A stretch of DNA of 64,000 bases from Candidatus Omnitrophota bacterium (GTDB lineage: Bacteria > Omnitrophota > Gorgyraeia > Gygaellales > Profunditerraquicolaceae). Of the stretch, positions 1 to 9,142 are shown one piece after another. A model generated the notes under the pieces. The model did no database searches, was not told the DNA's origin, and saw only the letters and a program-made list of their open reading frames with translations. Every line of letters starts with the position of its first letter. Positions within the stretch are counted from its first letter, which is position 1. Where the stretch lies: assembly GCA_003598135.1 (NCBI GenBank), contig QZKA01000026.1, forward strand, positions 11,258 to 75,257, given 5' to 3'. The position numbers were made by a program, and so were the translations under genes.

Positions 1-3000
1 GAGAGGGCTTTCTGTCTTTGAGAATACTCCTTGAGTTATAGCAACGACGTCTCGCAATTTTCTTGATTTAACCGGAGATATATTTTCGGTTTCCCATTCT
101 TGATCAGTTAGTTCACTAACAAATAAACAAGTCCTTATTTCTACCTCACCAGCTTGCTGTCCTATCATAGCAATGTCTTGAAGCTTCTTAAATTTTCCTA
201 TACCTCTTTGGGTATAGTCTGCATACGTTCCGTCGAGCACTCCATGCTCGACGGCTATTTTATATGCCTTCTTTGGATGAGATACAAATCTTTGTTTTCC
301 TTTCAGATATGTTGAGAAATCTTGCCAGATTATGCTGTTTGTTTCTCCTGCGACAATGTTTTTAATAGCAGAATAGTAATTTAATGATAATAATTTTATA
401 TATCCTAAATCTACAATGGCGTTGCCTACCTTAGTAAGCCAACCCATCTTGCCGGACCGGAATTCGTAGTCTAAACCGCGGCCTTTCAGATTTTGTAGAA
501 ATTTCTTAAGCCACAGGGCACTCCTGCCCTTGATGATCAGCTGCGTTGCCACCTGGCCAAGCGGCAGGACCCGGTCAAGAGCCATCTTGGTCTCAAATAA
601 AGACGAGTATTCATGCACTATCTTGCGGATGTTTGTCGTCGGTTCTATGCCGCCTTTTCGCTGCAGGGCAAAACGGAAGAACTTCTCGCTGCCGATGATG
701 TTATCAAGCTCAAGCATTATGTCTGTAGGAATTCCTTCCTCTGCAGAGCGTTCATCAAAATATTGCTTCAATGCTCCTATAACTCCCCTTTCCAGTATTT
801 TTTCGGTTAAGGGCTGTTCAAGATACGTGATATAATTCTTGCGGAATTTCTGCAGGCCGAGTTTTTCTTTCACCATCACGAAGAAGTTCTTAAGATATGC
901 TACTACGGCTACTTCTTCTTTGGTGAGCTCTACCTTTTCACCGCTTAAGGCCCGGAAGATCTCTTTATTCTGAGAGGTAAAGAACCTTTTTGTCTTTTCT
1001 CCCGCAGGAAGTTTTCTTGATTTCTCAGCCTTGGTCAACATCTCCTCGAGCTGATTATCGCGCCGGCGCACTTCCTCTTCTGCAAATTCTGACCTTTCGT
1101 CTATCTCATTTAAAATTTTCCGCACAAGAGGATTTCCTTCTTTTATATCTACCGTCGGGATGAGTTCGTTGGCTACCCTGCTCATGATCAGACCCTCAAG
1201 GAGCTGTGGGTCGTTACCAAACTGCTCTATGGCGATACGTTTCGGCATGATGGCGAGATCCTTTACGTCTTCTAAAAGGCCCTGCAGCACTTCTATTTGC
1301 TTTTTCGATAGCAACTTGTCGCCTGCTTTAAGACCCTCGAGATAATCAACCACTTTTTGTATCTGAGGGATATCGGTATTTTTCCATTCTTTGATACCGA
1401 GATAACTCTTGATCCTCGATACTGTGATGTTGGAGAGCATCTTGCTTTTGGCGATCAGTTTTATCTTGGCTATCAGATCCTGCTTTCTCGCTTCCTCCTG
1501 GAGTTTCAGCTCATGCTCTCTGAGCCATTCAATAAATCTTGCACTTTGTCCTGTAACTCTTTCGGTAACGTATTGCTGTCCTTGCTCAACAGCTCCTGCT
1601 CCTTCTGGTCCAACTTGTCCCAGAGTCCGTTCAGCACTAACACCTGCGCCAGAAACATATTGCTGGGGGAATTTGAAGTTAATAAAGCTGATGATTTCAT
1701 CTCGACCGCTCCTTTCGGCTACTGCGCCTATCGCCTTATTAATGTTGTAAGGAAGTTTATGGGCGCGCAGCCAGTTTATCAATTCATAGTCCGCGTTATT
1801 GGTATATATTATCTTGACGCTTGTTTTTACTAAGGGCATTAGATGCTTCTCTAAATTCTCCTTGTGCCCTTTCCAGGTTATATCGCTTAAACCTACTGAA
1901 TATGTCCCAGCAGCTTCTGTTGGACTCAGGTATTGCGGATCCACGAGCACTACCACCGTTTCTTCCGCATTTACCTTGCCGGATTTTATGTCACCAGTGA
2001 GCGTATCCATCGCATCCCAGGCATCGCTTTGCATAACCGGCATCCCCTGATCTCTTTTTAACTCGCTATCTAATTGACCATTAAAGTCGATTAACTTGCT
2101 TACGATGTTCTTTATTGCCGATTCGCCCTTACTGGTCCGGATAATACCTTGCGTCCATTGGTATCCGCTTTCAGTTTTGCTTATAGAGAATATGCTGGCA
2201 TTCTCCAAAAAGTAATACTTAGCGCTTGATTCCGGGCTGGCGAATTTATCGGCCGCGGCTTCCTGCAGCAGATTATCTCCGAATTCCTGGATTACTTCCC
2301 GGGTAAAATAATAGCGTTCTTTTCTCAGGCCCATCTTCAGCCAAGAATTAAGCATATCGAGAAAGTCTTTATTGTCTTTTGCGGGCGGGAGATTAAAAGC
2401 ATCCTTCATCAGGACGACAAAATTGTTCATGATAGCTACCAACGTCTGCTTCATCACCTTCTGTTTCTCGGGATCCTGGATGTTTTTATAATAGTTATAT
2501 CGCTCGTCGCTGAGTTCATTCAAAGTATAGTTCTCTGCAGGGATATCCCAGAACAGGCCTACGCGATAACCCTTTGCACCACCCCAGAGGTCAAATACTT
2601 TCTTGATACCTTGCCTTAATACTGCTTTAAATTTTTCCGGGAGCCGCGCCAGAACCTCGGCTTTATTTCCGAGGAGAGCAAACGGCATGCCCCGGAATAT
2701 CTTGGCTCTTTCTTCGTAATTTATGTCTTCTTTAGTACTTATGACCGACCCGTTTCCTACTCCGGTTATCTCTCGCTCAGGCTTAAGCTTCTTTTTCGTT
2801 ACCGGCGCGCTGATCCCTTTTTGCATCTTAACCCTGGCTGCCTTGCTTATTTTCGCCTCTGATGTCGCAGCGCGGCCCTGTATTTCATTGCTAAAATACG
2901 CCTTAATTAGATCTAAAACGTCCTGCTCGGTTTCAAGGGGAGCGCCGATTATACCGCCAAGTTCTGCAGCTAATACATCTGGCCGCTGTCCGCCCTCACC

Positions 3001-6000
3001 AAACAGCCAAGGTAGAAGTTTTAGATCCGCATATTCTCCTTCCTCTTTCAGGGCCGGATCCAGCTTTCCTTTAAGGTAATTCTTTATCTGATTTCTTATG
3101 AACCCTTCCTCTGCTGCCCCTGCCTCTTCCGTTTCGGCGCGCATCTCATCGACTATTTCCTGCATGTGCGCGTATGCCCACATCTCGGTTTTCTTCACGT
3201 CCTCTATGTCCTCGCCGAACTCTTTAGCGATCTGTTTCAGGCTCTTTTTCTCGTCGATGTATTTCTTAAGGAACTCCTTGTCGGACACCGTCAGCCTGTT
3301 GATAATGTCTGAAGTATTCCAAAATTCCATCTCAGCCTTGCGCTGTTCAATACGTGGCTTTGGCTGCTCTTCTTCCGGTGCCGGAGGATGCGTTAGGCCG
3401 CCTGCCGCCGGAATATTTTTTTCTCTATAATCATCGAGCCATTTCTGCGCCTGTTTTTCTGTGGTAAAATTAGGGCTTATGCTTGTATTTACACCATTCT
3501 CTTCTTTATAAACACTATATCCTCCACCGCCTAACCCCTTGGGGCCAGTATTCTTCAAAATCTTTAGATTTTCTTCACCACCTAATACCTTACCTTTAAG
3601 CTTATTTAATTCGCCTTCATAGACGGTAATCTGCTTCCCATCCTGCAGCTTAACTTTATTCGGAACGATATTGCCTTCAGAATCATAGACCGGCAAAGTC
3701 CGGTATTCCTCACCTTTGGGTAAAGTCACGATCTCACCTTTTGTATTTACTATCTGCATCTCTTCATCCATACGGAAGATCTGCATCTGGTCAGGCTCTA
3801 ACCCAGATACGCCGACTTCTTTTGGCATCTTGCCGAAGACGGGTTGACCTTCCTGCAGGAGTGCTTGCTTCATCTGGGGGGTGATGGTGATGGATTGCTG
3901 GGTTGTTAATCTGGCTTTCTCAAAATATCCTGGCGTTATCTCTTTTACTTCGTCTCCTATTTCTACCGTCTCAACCTGCGCCCCAAACTTCTTGGCGTAG
4001 TCATTAAGCCAGTTGGGAATTTGTTTGTCATAGAGATTCTGCGCCCATTCTCCGCCAACTCTTAAATCCTCGCCTTTAATACTTCCTGATTTTTTACCGT
4101 CTATAATTTTCTGGGCATTATCTTTACCTACAAAATTGCGGAGTTCTTCTGGATTCTGTATTGCCTTACCCTCAAGAATTTTTCCATCTTTAATAATATC
4201 AACACTCCATCCTTGAGCTGGGCCAAAACTTTTATACTTTATCTCGTCTATAATTTTACTTAAATCATAATACTCCGCCACCTGTTCCCCCGTCGCCCAA
4301 GTTATAAAGTCGTATCCATTCTCAGCAGCATAACGCAAGAGACGCTTGAGAATAATTTCGTGCCAGCGGGTAACGGCGGGATGTTGAGGCACCATCTTAA
4401 ATCCTTGACCTATAGCTATACCTTTTTCCACTGATGCCTGGAATTTTCTATAATCTATACTCCACTGGCTCTGGATTTCGTTAACAAATAATCCTTTGCG
4501 GCCCTGCTCATCCGTTACATCAGCCATACGCGCATGCGCGAAGACGTTGGGTTCGTCCCAATGAGGTTCTTTGTATGCAGAGACATAAGGTATATTTTGT
4601 CTTTGCCATTCAAGATATTCTGCTCCATTATATCGAACAGCATATTCTGCATCTTCTTTTGATAGTCCTTGTTGCATTAAATCTCTAATTGCATCGGAGG
4701 GCCTTAATCTCGAATGTTCATAAGGTACCTTCAACAACATCTCCTTATAATTCTCTGTAACTACGTTATATTTGGCGTCGGAGTATTTAGCGGTATCAAC
4801 TTTTTGTGTTTTAGGATTTCCTACCACGAATTGATTGTAACGCTCTAAGTCATCCTTAGTTTCTATAGATTCGTATTCGCCTTCACGACTAATGCCATGC
4901 ACCTGCTTACCTTCATCAAAAGCTTCCGTGGCTCTATCTGCTTCTACAACCTCAAGTTCTCCTACGCCCTTTACCATCTCCTCAATCGTCATCTGGTTCT
5001 TTTGTAGGTAGTCAAGGAGTTCGGGCTTCGATATCTTCTCCTTGCCTTTCAGAAATCCCTCTATTCCAGACCACTCGATTTCTTCATTAGGTATCTGTGC
5101 ACTCTGCAGGATGCCGCGCACCTGCTCTATTGGAGCGGATTCCGGCATCTTCTCTGCCAGGGCGCTTGTCATCTTAGAATAAAAAACAGGGGCTTTTTGG
5201 GGCTTTACAGCCATTCCGCCGGCTTTAGGCTGGGTAGTAGTAGTGGTGGCTGGAGCCCAGATTGCCCTGCCTGCCTCGCCTGGTGCTTGTTTTGAGGGTG
5301 TTTTAGGGGTATATGTCAATCTGTCATAAGTAGCCTGTTTGGCTGGGTCTATAGGGCCAGCTGGCTTTTCTATCTTGGTGCGCATCAAAGTATAGAAATC
5401 CTTGATCATCCTAAATAAACCTACCCGCGTTGATGCTGCATCTAAAGCATCTACATCAAGGGTTATCTTTCCTTCTGGAAGACCTTTTTCGCTGGCTATC
5501 CTGTTTGCTTGAGCTATAATGCCCCTGCCAAGAGCCGTTTTTGCCAATGTTGGAGCTTCAAAAATAAGCGATAAAGCCGTAATCATACCGCCTTGCTTTA
5601 AGGCCTGTTCGAGATCTGTTCCGAATACTGTCTCAAGGCCTGCAGTGCCTGCCCCTCTTGCTCCGGCCCGGGCTATTGCCGAAAGATACGGCCGTCCTAT
5701 GAATCTAAGCGCTCCGGAATAATGCCATATTGGAGCCATTGCCCCGCTCTTTATGGCTTCAACCCCAAGTTCTTTTGCTTTTTCTCCCGCAGGCATAAGC
5801 AGGCTTTCATCGGTTCTGATCTCTCCTACTTTTCTTGTTAAACCTACAGTCTCAAAGGTAGCCAGCGTTCCTAACAAGCTCTGTGGGAATAATGGCGCTG
5901 TGGCTATAAATGGCGCTACTCCGGAAACTATCTGGCCTAAAGTAAAGGCAACCGGATGCTCTTTCTGCATGGCTATGTCTTGCTCAACTTCAGCTTGCGG

Positions 6001-6354
6001 TTTAGGGCCTTTCTCTAATCCAAACGGCCTTGATAAATCAGGCCGGTATCCAAACGGCTTAGTGAAAAATCCCACGACTCCTTCGGTATACGGGATTAAA
6101 AAAGATTGCAGGGCGCCAGGGTCATTAGTTTCCGCGTCTTGAATAAACCTTACTTCTCCTGCGCTCAGCGGCCGGTTGATGTTGTCCTTGATCTGCTGAT
6201 GGAATTGCGAGCGCACAAACCCCTCATATCCTTCTCCTCCGTCGATAGGCTCAGTTACTTTTAAAGCCGTGTTGATGTCAAATTCCGGCTCTTTGGTAGG
6301 TTGGCCGTTTTCTTCTGCAATAGGAATTGCCGTCTTGATATCAAACGCTGGCAT
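1..6354 (-). CDS. Giant internal virion/ejection (T7 gp16 position) polyvalent protein, >=2118 aa, 3' end outside window
   Basis: ATG at 6354 overlaps the upstream stop (TAATG). Manual translation (MPAFDIKTAIPIAEENG...) shows no stop to position 1, which explains its absence from the ORF track. Follows gp13/14/15-like genes. Confidence 0.88.
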   Translation of the reverse strand, partial: MPAFDIKTAIPIAEENGQPTKEPEFDINTALKVTEPIDGGEGYEGFVRSQFHQQIKDNINRPLSAGEVRFIQDAETNDPGALQSFLIPYTEGVVGFFTKPFGYRPDLSRPFGLEKGPKPQAEVEQDIAMQKEHPVAFTLGQIVSGVAPFIATAPLFPQSLLGTLATFETVGLTRKVGEIRTDESLLMPAGEKAKELGVEAIKSGAMAPIWHYSGALRFIGRPYLSAIARAGARGAGTAGLETVFGTDLEQALKQGGMITALSLIFEAPTLAKTALGRGIIAQANRIASEKGLPEGKITLDVDALDAASTRVGLFRMIKDFYTLMRTKIEKPAGPIDPAKQATYDRLTYTPKTPSKQAPGEAGRAIWAPATTTTTQPKAGGMAVKPQKAPVFYSKMTSALAEKMPESAPIEQVRGILQSAQIPNEEIEWSGIEGFLKGKEKISKPELLDYLQKNQMTIEEMVKGVGELEVVEADRATEAFDEGKQVHGISREGEYESIETKDDLERYNQFVVGNPKTQKVDTAKYSDAKYNVVTENYKEMLLKVPYEHSRLRPSDAIRDLMQQGLSKEDAEYAVRYNGAEYLEWQRQNIPYVSAYKEPHWDEPNVFAHARMADVTDEQGRKGLFVNEIQSQWSIDYRKFQASVEKGIAIGQGFKMVPQHPAVTRWHEIILKRLLRYAAENGYDFITWATGEQVAEYYDLSKIIDEIKYKSFGPAQGWSVDIIKDGKILEGKAIQNPEELRNFVGKDNAQKIIDGKKSGSIKGEDLRVGGEWAQNLYDKQIPNWLNDYAKKFGAQVETVEIGDEVKEITPGYFEKARLTTQQSITITPQMKQALLQEGQPVFGKMPKEVGVSGLEPDQMQIFRMDEEMQIVNTKGEIVTLPKGEEYRTLPVYDSEGNIVPNKVKLQDGKQITVYEGELNKLKGKVLGGEENLKILKNTGPKGLGGGGYSVYKEENGVNTSISPNFTTEKQAQKWLDDYREKNIPAAGGLTHPPAPEEEQPKPRIEQRKAEMEFWNTSDIINRLTVSDKEFLKKYIDEKKSLKQIAKEFGEDIEDVKKTEMWAYAHMQEIVDEMRAETEEAGAAEEGFIRNQIKNYLKGKLDPALKEEGEYADLKLLPWLFGEGGQRPDVLAAELGGIIGAPLETEQDVLDLIKAYFSNEIQGRAATSEAKISKAARVKMQKGISAPVTKKKLKPEREITGVGNGSVISTKEDINYEERAKIFRGMPFALLGNKAEVLARLPEKFKAVLRQGIKKVFDLWGGAKGYRVGLFWDIPAENYTLNELSDERYNYYKNIQDPEKQKVMKQTLVAIMNNFVVLMKDAFNLPPAKDNKDFLDMLNSWLKMGLRKERYYFTREVIQEFGDNLLQEAAADKFASPESSAKYYFLENASIFSISKTESGYQWTQGIIRTSKGESAIKNIVSKLIDFNGQLDSELKRDQGMPVMQSDAWDAMDTLTGDIKSGKVNAEETVVVLVDPQYLSPTEAAGTYSVGLSDITWKGHKENLEKHLMPLVKTSVKIIYTNNADYELINWLRAHKLPYNINKAIGAVAERSGRDEIISFINFKFPQQYVSGAGVSAERTLGQVGPEGAGAVEQGQQYVTERVTGQSARFIEWLREHELKLQEEARKQDLIAKIKLIAKSKMLSNITVSRIKSYLGIKEWKNTDIPQIQKVVDYLEGLKAGDKLLSKKQIEVLQGLLEDVKDLAIMPKRIAIEQFGNDPQLLEGLIMSRVANELIPTVDIKEGNPLVRKILNEIDERSEFAEEEVRRRDNQLEEMLTKAEKSRKLPAGEKTKRFFTSQNKEIFRALSGEKVELTKEEVAVVAYLKNFFVMVKEKLGLQKFRKNYITYLEQPLTEKILERGVIGALKQYFDERSAEEGIPTDIMLELDNIIGSEKFFRFALQRKGGIEPTTNIRKIVHEYSSLFETKMALDRVLPLGQVATQLIIKGRSALWLKKFLQNLKGRGLDYEFRSGKMGWLTKVGNAIVDLGYIKLLSLNYYSAIKNIVAGETNSIIWQDFSTYLKGKQRFVSHPKKAYKIAVEHGVLDGTYADYTQRGIGKFKKLQDIAMIGQQAGEVEIRTCLFVSELTDQEWETENISPVKSRKLRDVVAITQGVFSKTESPL

Positions 6355-8015
6355 TATTTCTGTCCTTCAGTTTTGGTTTTCTCTTTGTACGTTACTACCG
6401 GTTCAATAGTACCGTCAGGATACACTATCGCCTTGTTACCGTACGCATCCATCATCAGCTGGCCTTTGGGAGATATCGTGTCTATTTCGGGAATCTTACT
6501 GCGTAGGTGATCGTTCATAATCGCTTTTACCGCTTCCTGCGGATTCGCCTGCGGGTCCTGCAACGTGCCTAACAGTTGCTTGATTCGAAAAGTTATCTCT
6601 TCATCACTGGCGTTATTTTTCCCCATCCACGATTTGAATCCTTTTATGGCCGAGTTTATTGGTCCCGAATAACGATTAAATTCTATATGTTTCAAGTTTT
6701 TCTGAAGGGCATTTAAAAACCTCGTTTCCTGCGAGTTTATAATCCCGTCGGCGTATGCTTCGGCGAGTTTTTCCCTGGCATGCCATTTATCAGTGTCTTC
6801 ACTTACAAAGGCATCTATCAATTTTAAGTATTCTTTAACTTCCTTTGCGCGCTTGGTTGGGTCTTTGTCGGAATCTTTCTCCGTAAGCATCCTATTCAAA
6901 TCTCTTTGAATACCGTTCTGTATTGCTCTTTGATAATTCACCAAGATTTTTTTCTTTAATCCTCCAGCTTCCTCCGGGATCTGCATTTCATTCTCGATAT
7001 CGCGCAGAGTAAGTTTTTCCGTGGCGAGATTATCAAGCAACTTGTTATGCCTCGTTTCCTGGCCGTCGGCAATCATCTTTTCGGCAAGCGTATTGGTAAA
7101 GTCATACGCGGCTTTGCGCTTGACCGGGTCTTTTATGTTATATGCGTTTTCTTCTATCTTCTTGCGGGTGGTAATAGGATCAAGGAATGCGTCGGTTATC
7201 GCGATATTGTACGGGATACCGCTCTCGACTTCCTCTTTCATTTTTTGCTCTATTTCGGCCGGCACTTTTCCTTTTATCGCGTTGTAGATTGACTGTGCTT
7301 TTATGAGATTATTCTCTGCCATGGCGGATGCAAACGCGCTTTTTGCCACCTTACCTGTTATCTTTACACGCTCTGCTTCGGCAGTTTTCTCGTCGAAGCC
7401 GCTTATCTTGCTAAGCGAATTTTGGGTCACGATAGCCTGCTCTATAGCCCGTATCACCGATGGCCCATCCTGCAGCTGCGCGGCATCGTTTACCTGGATA
7501 TCAAGGTTAGACTTAAATGAATTCTGGATGCTTTCGTCTACCTGTTGGCGCTCATGGCGTATGATGGTATCGCGGCTCGATAAATATGTCTGGTCAAGCC
7601 TTCGCGCCAAAGCTTCTTTTTGCTCGGGGGCCGCTACGTTATTCAGATAATGCTTCCGGATGGTATAGTATGTATTATCAAACTCCGGGGTGACGTTCTG
7701 TGCCTGATCGAGTTTTCTGTTCAAAAAACCGACAGGCTTTCCTTTATCATCCACTTGGTCGTTATAGAGTACATTTTGTAGGTCCTTCCTGAACGAGGTA
7801 TCCTGTTCGATGAGCTCCTTTTCCATCAGTTCTTTTTTGCGCTCGGCTGCCCTCTTCATCAGGGCATTCGCTATCGTAAGGCCGGTTTCTCCGAGCCGCG
7901 TTGCAGCATCAGCCATTTCCGCGCCGAAAGCCGCAGAAGGCGGCCTTAATTCCTGAGGAGTCGATACTGTAGGCACTACTCTGCTTGTCTGTTTCTCATA
8001 TACAGGAACTCTCAT
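6354..8015 (-). CDS. Internal virion/ejection protein (T7 gp15 position), 553 aa
   Basis: Helical protein, N-terminus MRVPVYEKQ...AFGA typical of podovirus ejection proteins; synteny. Confidence 0.7.
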   Translation of the reverse strand: MRVPVYEKQTSRVVPTVSTPQELRPPSAAFGAEMADAATRLGETGLTIANALMKRAAERKKELMEKELIEQDTSFRKDLQNVLYNDQVDDKGKPVGFLNRKLDQAQNVTPEFDNTYYTIRKHYLNNVAAPEQKEALARRLDQTYLSSRDTIIRHERQQVDESIQNSFKSNLDIQVNDAAQLQDGPSVIRAIEQAIVTQNSLSKISGFDEKTAEAERVKITGKVAKSAFASAMAENNLIKAQSIYNAIKGKVPAEIEQKMKEEVESGIPYNIAITDAFLDPITTRKKIEENAYNIKDPVKRKAAYDFTNTLAEKMIADGQETRHNKLLDNLATEKLTLRDIENEMQIPEEAGGLKKKILVNYQRAIQNGIQRDLNRMLTEKDSDKDPTKRAKEVKEYLKLIDAFVSEDTDKWHAREKLAEAYADGIINSQETRFLNALQKNLKHIEFNRYSGPINSAIKGFKSWMGKNNASDEEITFRIKQLLGTLQDPQANPQEAVKAIMNDHLRSKIPEIDTISPKGQLMMDAYGNKAIVYPDGTIEPVVTYKEKTKTEGQK

Positions 8016-8026
8016 CGCGTTTTCTC

Positions 8027-8659
8027 CTAATAGAGTTTATAGGGAGACCATGTCCTCCCATACTGCTGCGTATCGATAACTTGCCCGCCTCTGCCGCCGA
8101 CGACCGTTGATCCCTTTGAAGATCCCATTCCGCCAAACCCTCCGGCGACAGATGAAGCTGTCCCTAATAAGGTCGTAGTCATGTTTATCTCCGCTGTCCT
8201 CTTCGCTGCCTTTCCTGCAAACCGGTATAGCGTTGATTGATTCCTTAATGCAATCGCTCGTTCGTTCGCTTCTTTATTTACTGCCCAGGATTGGATATCG
8301 GCATTGTAGCGTATATTCGTTTCATCAAGCTTTGCTCTATTCGCCGTATCGTTAAGAATATCTTCTGCAGTAACACCGGTTAGGCCCATAGCGGCCATCG
8401 CCGCTTTCTGCGCTCCTTTTACCCTTGAGACATCGCCTTTCAGCTCCTTCGCTCTTTGCGCGGCTTCGCTTTGTATAATGCTTGTCTGCTCTTCTGCGGT
8501 TTTCTGTATTGCCTCAGCTTCACGTTCATTCTGGTCAGCTAAATAGCGGTAATACTTATTCTGAGACTGGCCAGCCTGGTATTGGCCGTACGCAGTCATT
8601 CCGCCGCTCGCCGCGGCTAATACTACTCCGGTTATAGTAAGGCTGACAGGGTCGCACAT
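8027..8659 (-). CDS. Internal virion protein B-like (T7 gp14 position)
   Basis: MCDPVS... hydrophobic Gly/Ala N-terminus, Ala/Gln coiled coil, Gly-rich C-terminus; synteny. Confidence 0.78.
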   Translation of the reverse strand: MCDPVSLTITGVVLAAASGGMTAYGQYQAGQSQNKYYRYLADQNEREAEAIQKTAEEQTSIIQSEAAQRAKELKGDVSRVKGAQKAAMAAMGLTGVTAEDILNDTANRAKLDETNIRYNADIQSWAVNKEANERAIALRNQSTLYRFAGKAAKRTAEINMTTTLLGTASSVAGGFGGMGSSKGSTVVGGRGGQVIDTQQYGRTWSPYKLY

Positions 8660-9142
8660 TTAGTTGGTCCTCCCAAAATAAAAATAATGAAAAGGTAATT
8701 GTTCTACGCCGTACGGCTTGGCTTCCTCTATTACCGCGCCGCACCACTTAAGCCAGCGTATTGATTCTACGTTTCGCGCATCCACGTAATTTTCCAATAC
8801 CGGATACCTTATTAACATCATGTCTATATAATGCTGGCATTCCTTTACGAAAGATTTGCGGATATGCCGTATTTTTTCAGTCGCAAGCATCCACACGGTC
8901 GCGCTGTTGTCTAATAACGTCTGCGGCGTTATGCCGAATATCACCGCCGGCATGCCCTTGACGTCTACGGTAAGACACAACTCCGAAACAGCAAAAGATA
9001 ATTCCAGCGCTTTCTCGGGAGTATGGTGATGGCTTGCCCATACTTCTTGCACATCTGAAAGGCGCAGATGGTTTTTCATCATCTCTATGTCAAGTCTCGT
9101 TGTCGTCCTCACCACATTCCCGTTCTTATTGTAATAAACCAT
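8660..9142 (-). CDS. Internal virion protein A-like (T7 gp13/GNAT-like fold)
   Basis: Motifs LRxSDxxEV, VWMLAT, LENYVDARNxxSIRWLKWCGA; directly after tail tube B. Confidence 0.82.
   Translation of the reverse strand: MVYYNKNGNVVRTTTRLDIEMMKNHLRLSDVQEVWASHHHTPEKALELSFAVSELCLTVDVKGMPAVIFGITPQTLLDNSATVWMLATEKIRHIRKSFVKECQHYIDMMLIRYPVLENYVDARNVESIRWLKWCGAVIEEAKPYGVEQLPFHYFYFGRTN

Noticed and set aside
530-6142. Plus-strand ORFs in 530-6142 (and most other plus-strand ORFs opposite long minus-strand genes)
   Set aside because: Antisense shadows of long, motif-bearing minus-strand genes; Ser/Phe/Leu-rich with no recognisable motifs.
1-6354. Apparent 6-kb gene desert suggesting stop-codon reassignment
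   Set aside because: Explained by one ORF running off the window; all other genes read cleanly in code 11 using TAA, TAG and TGA stops.
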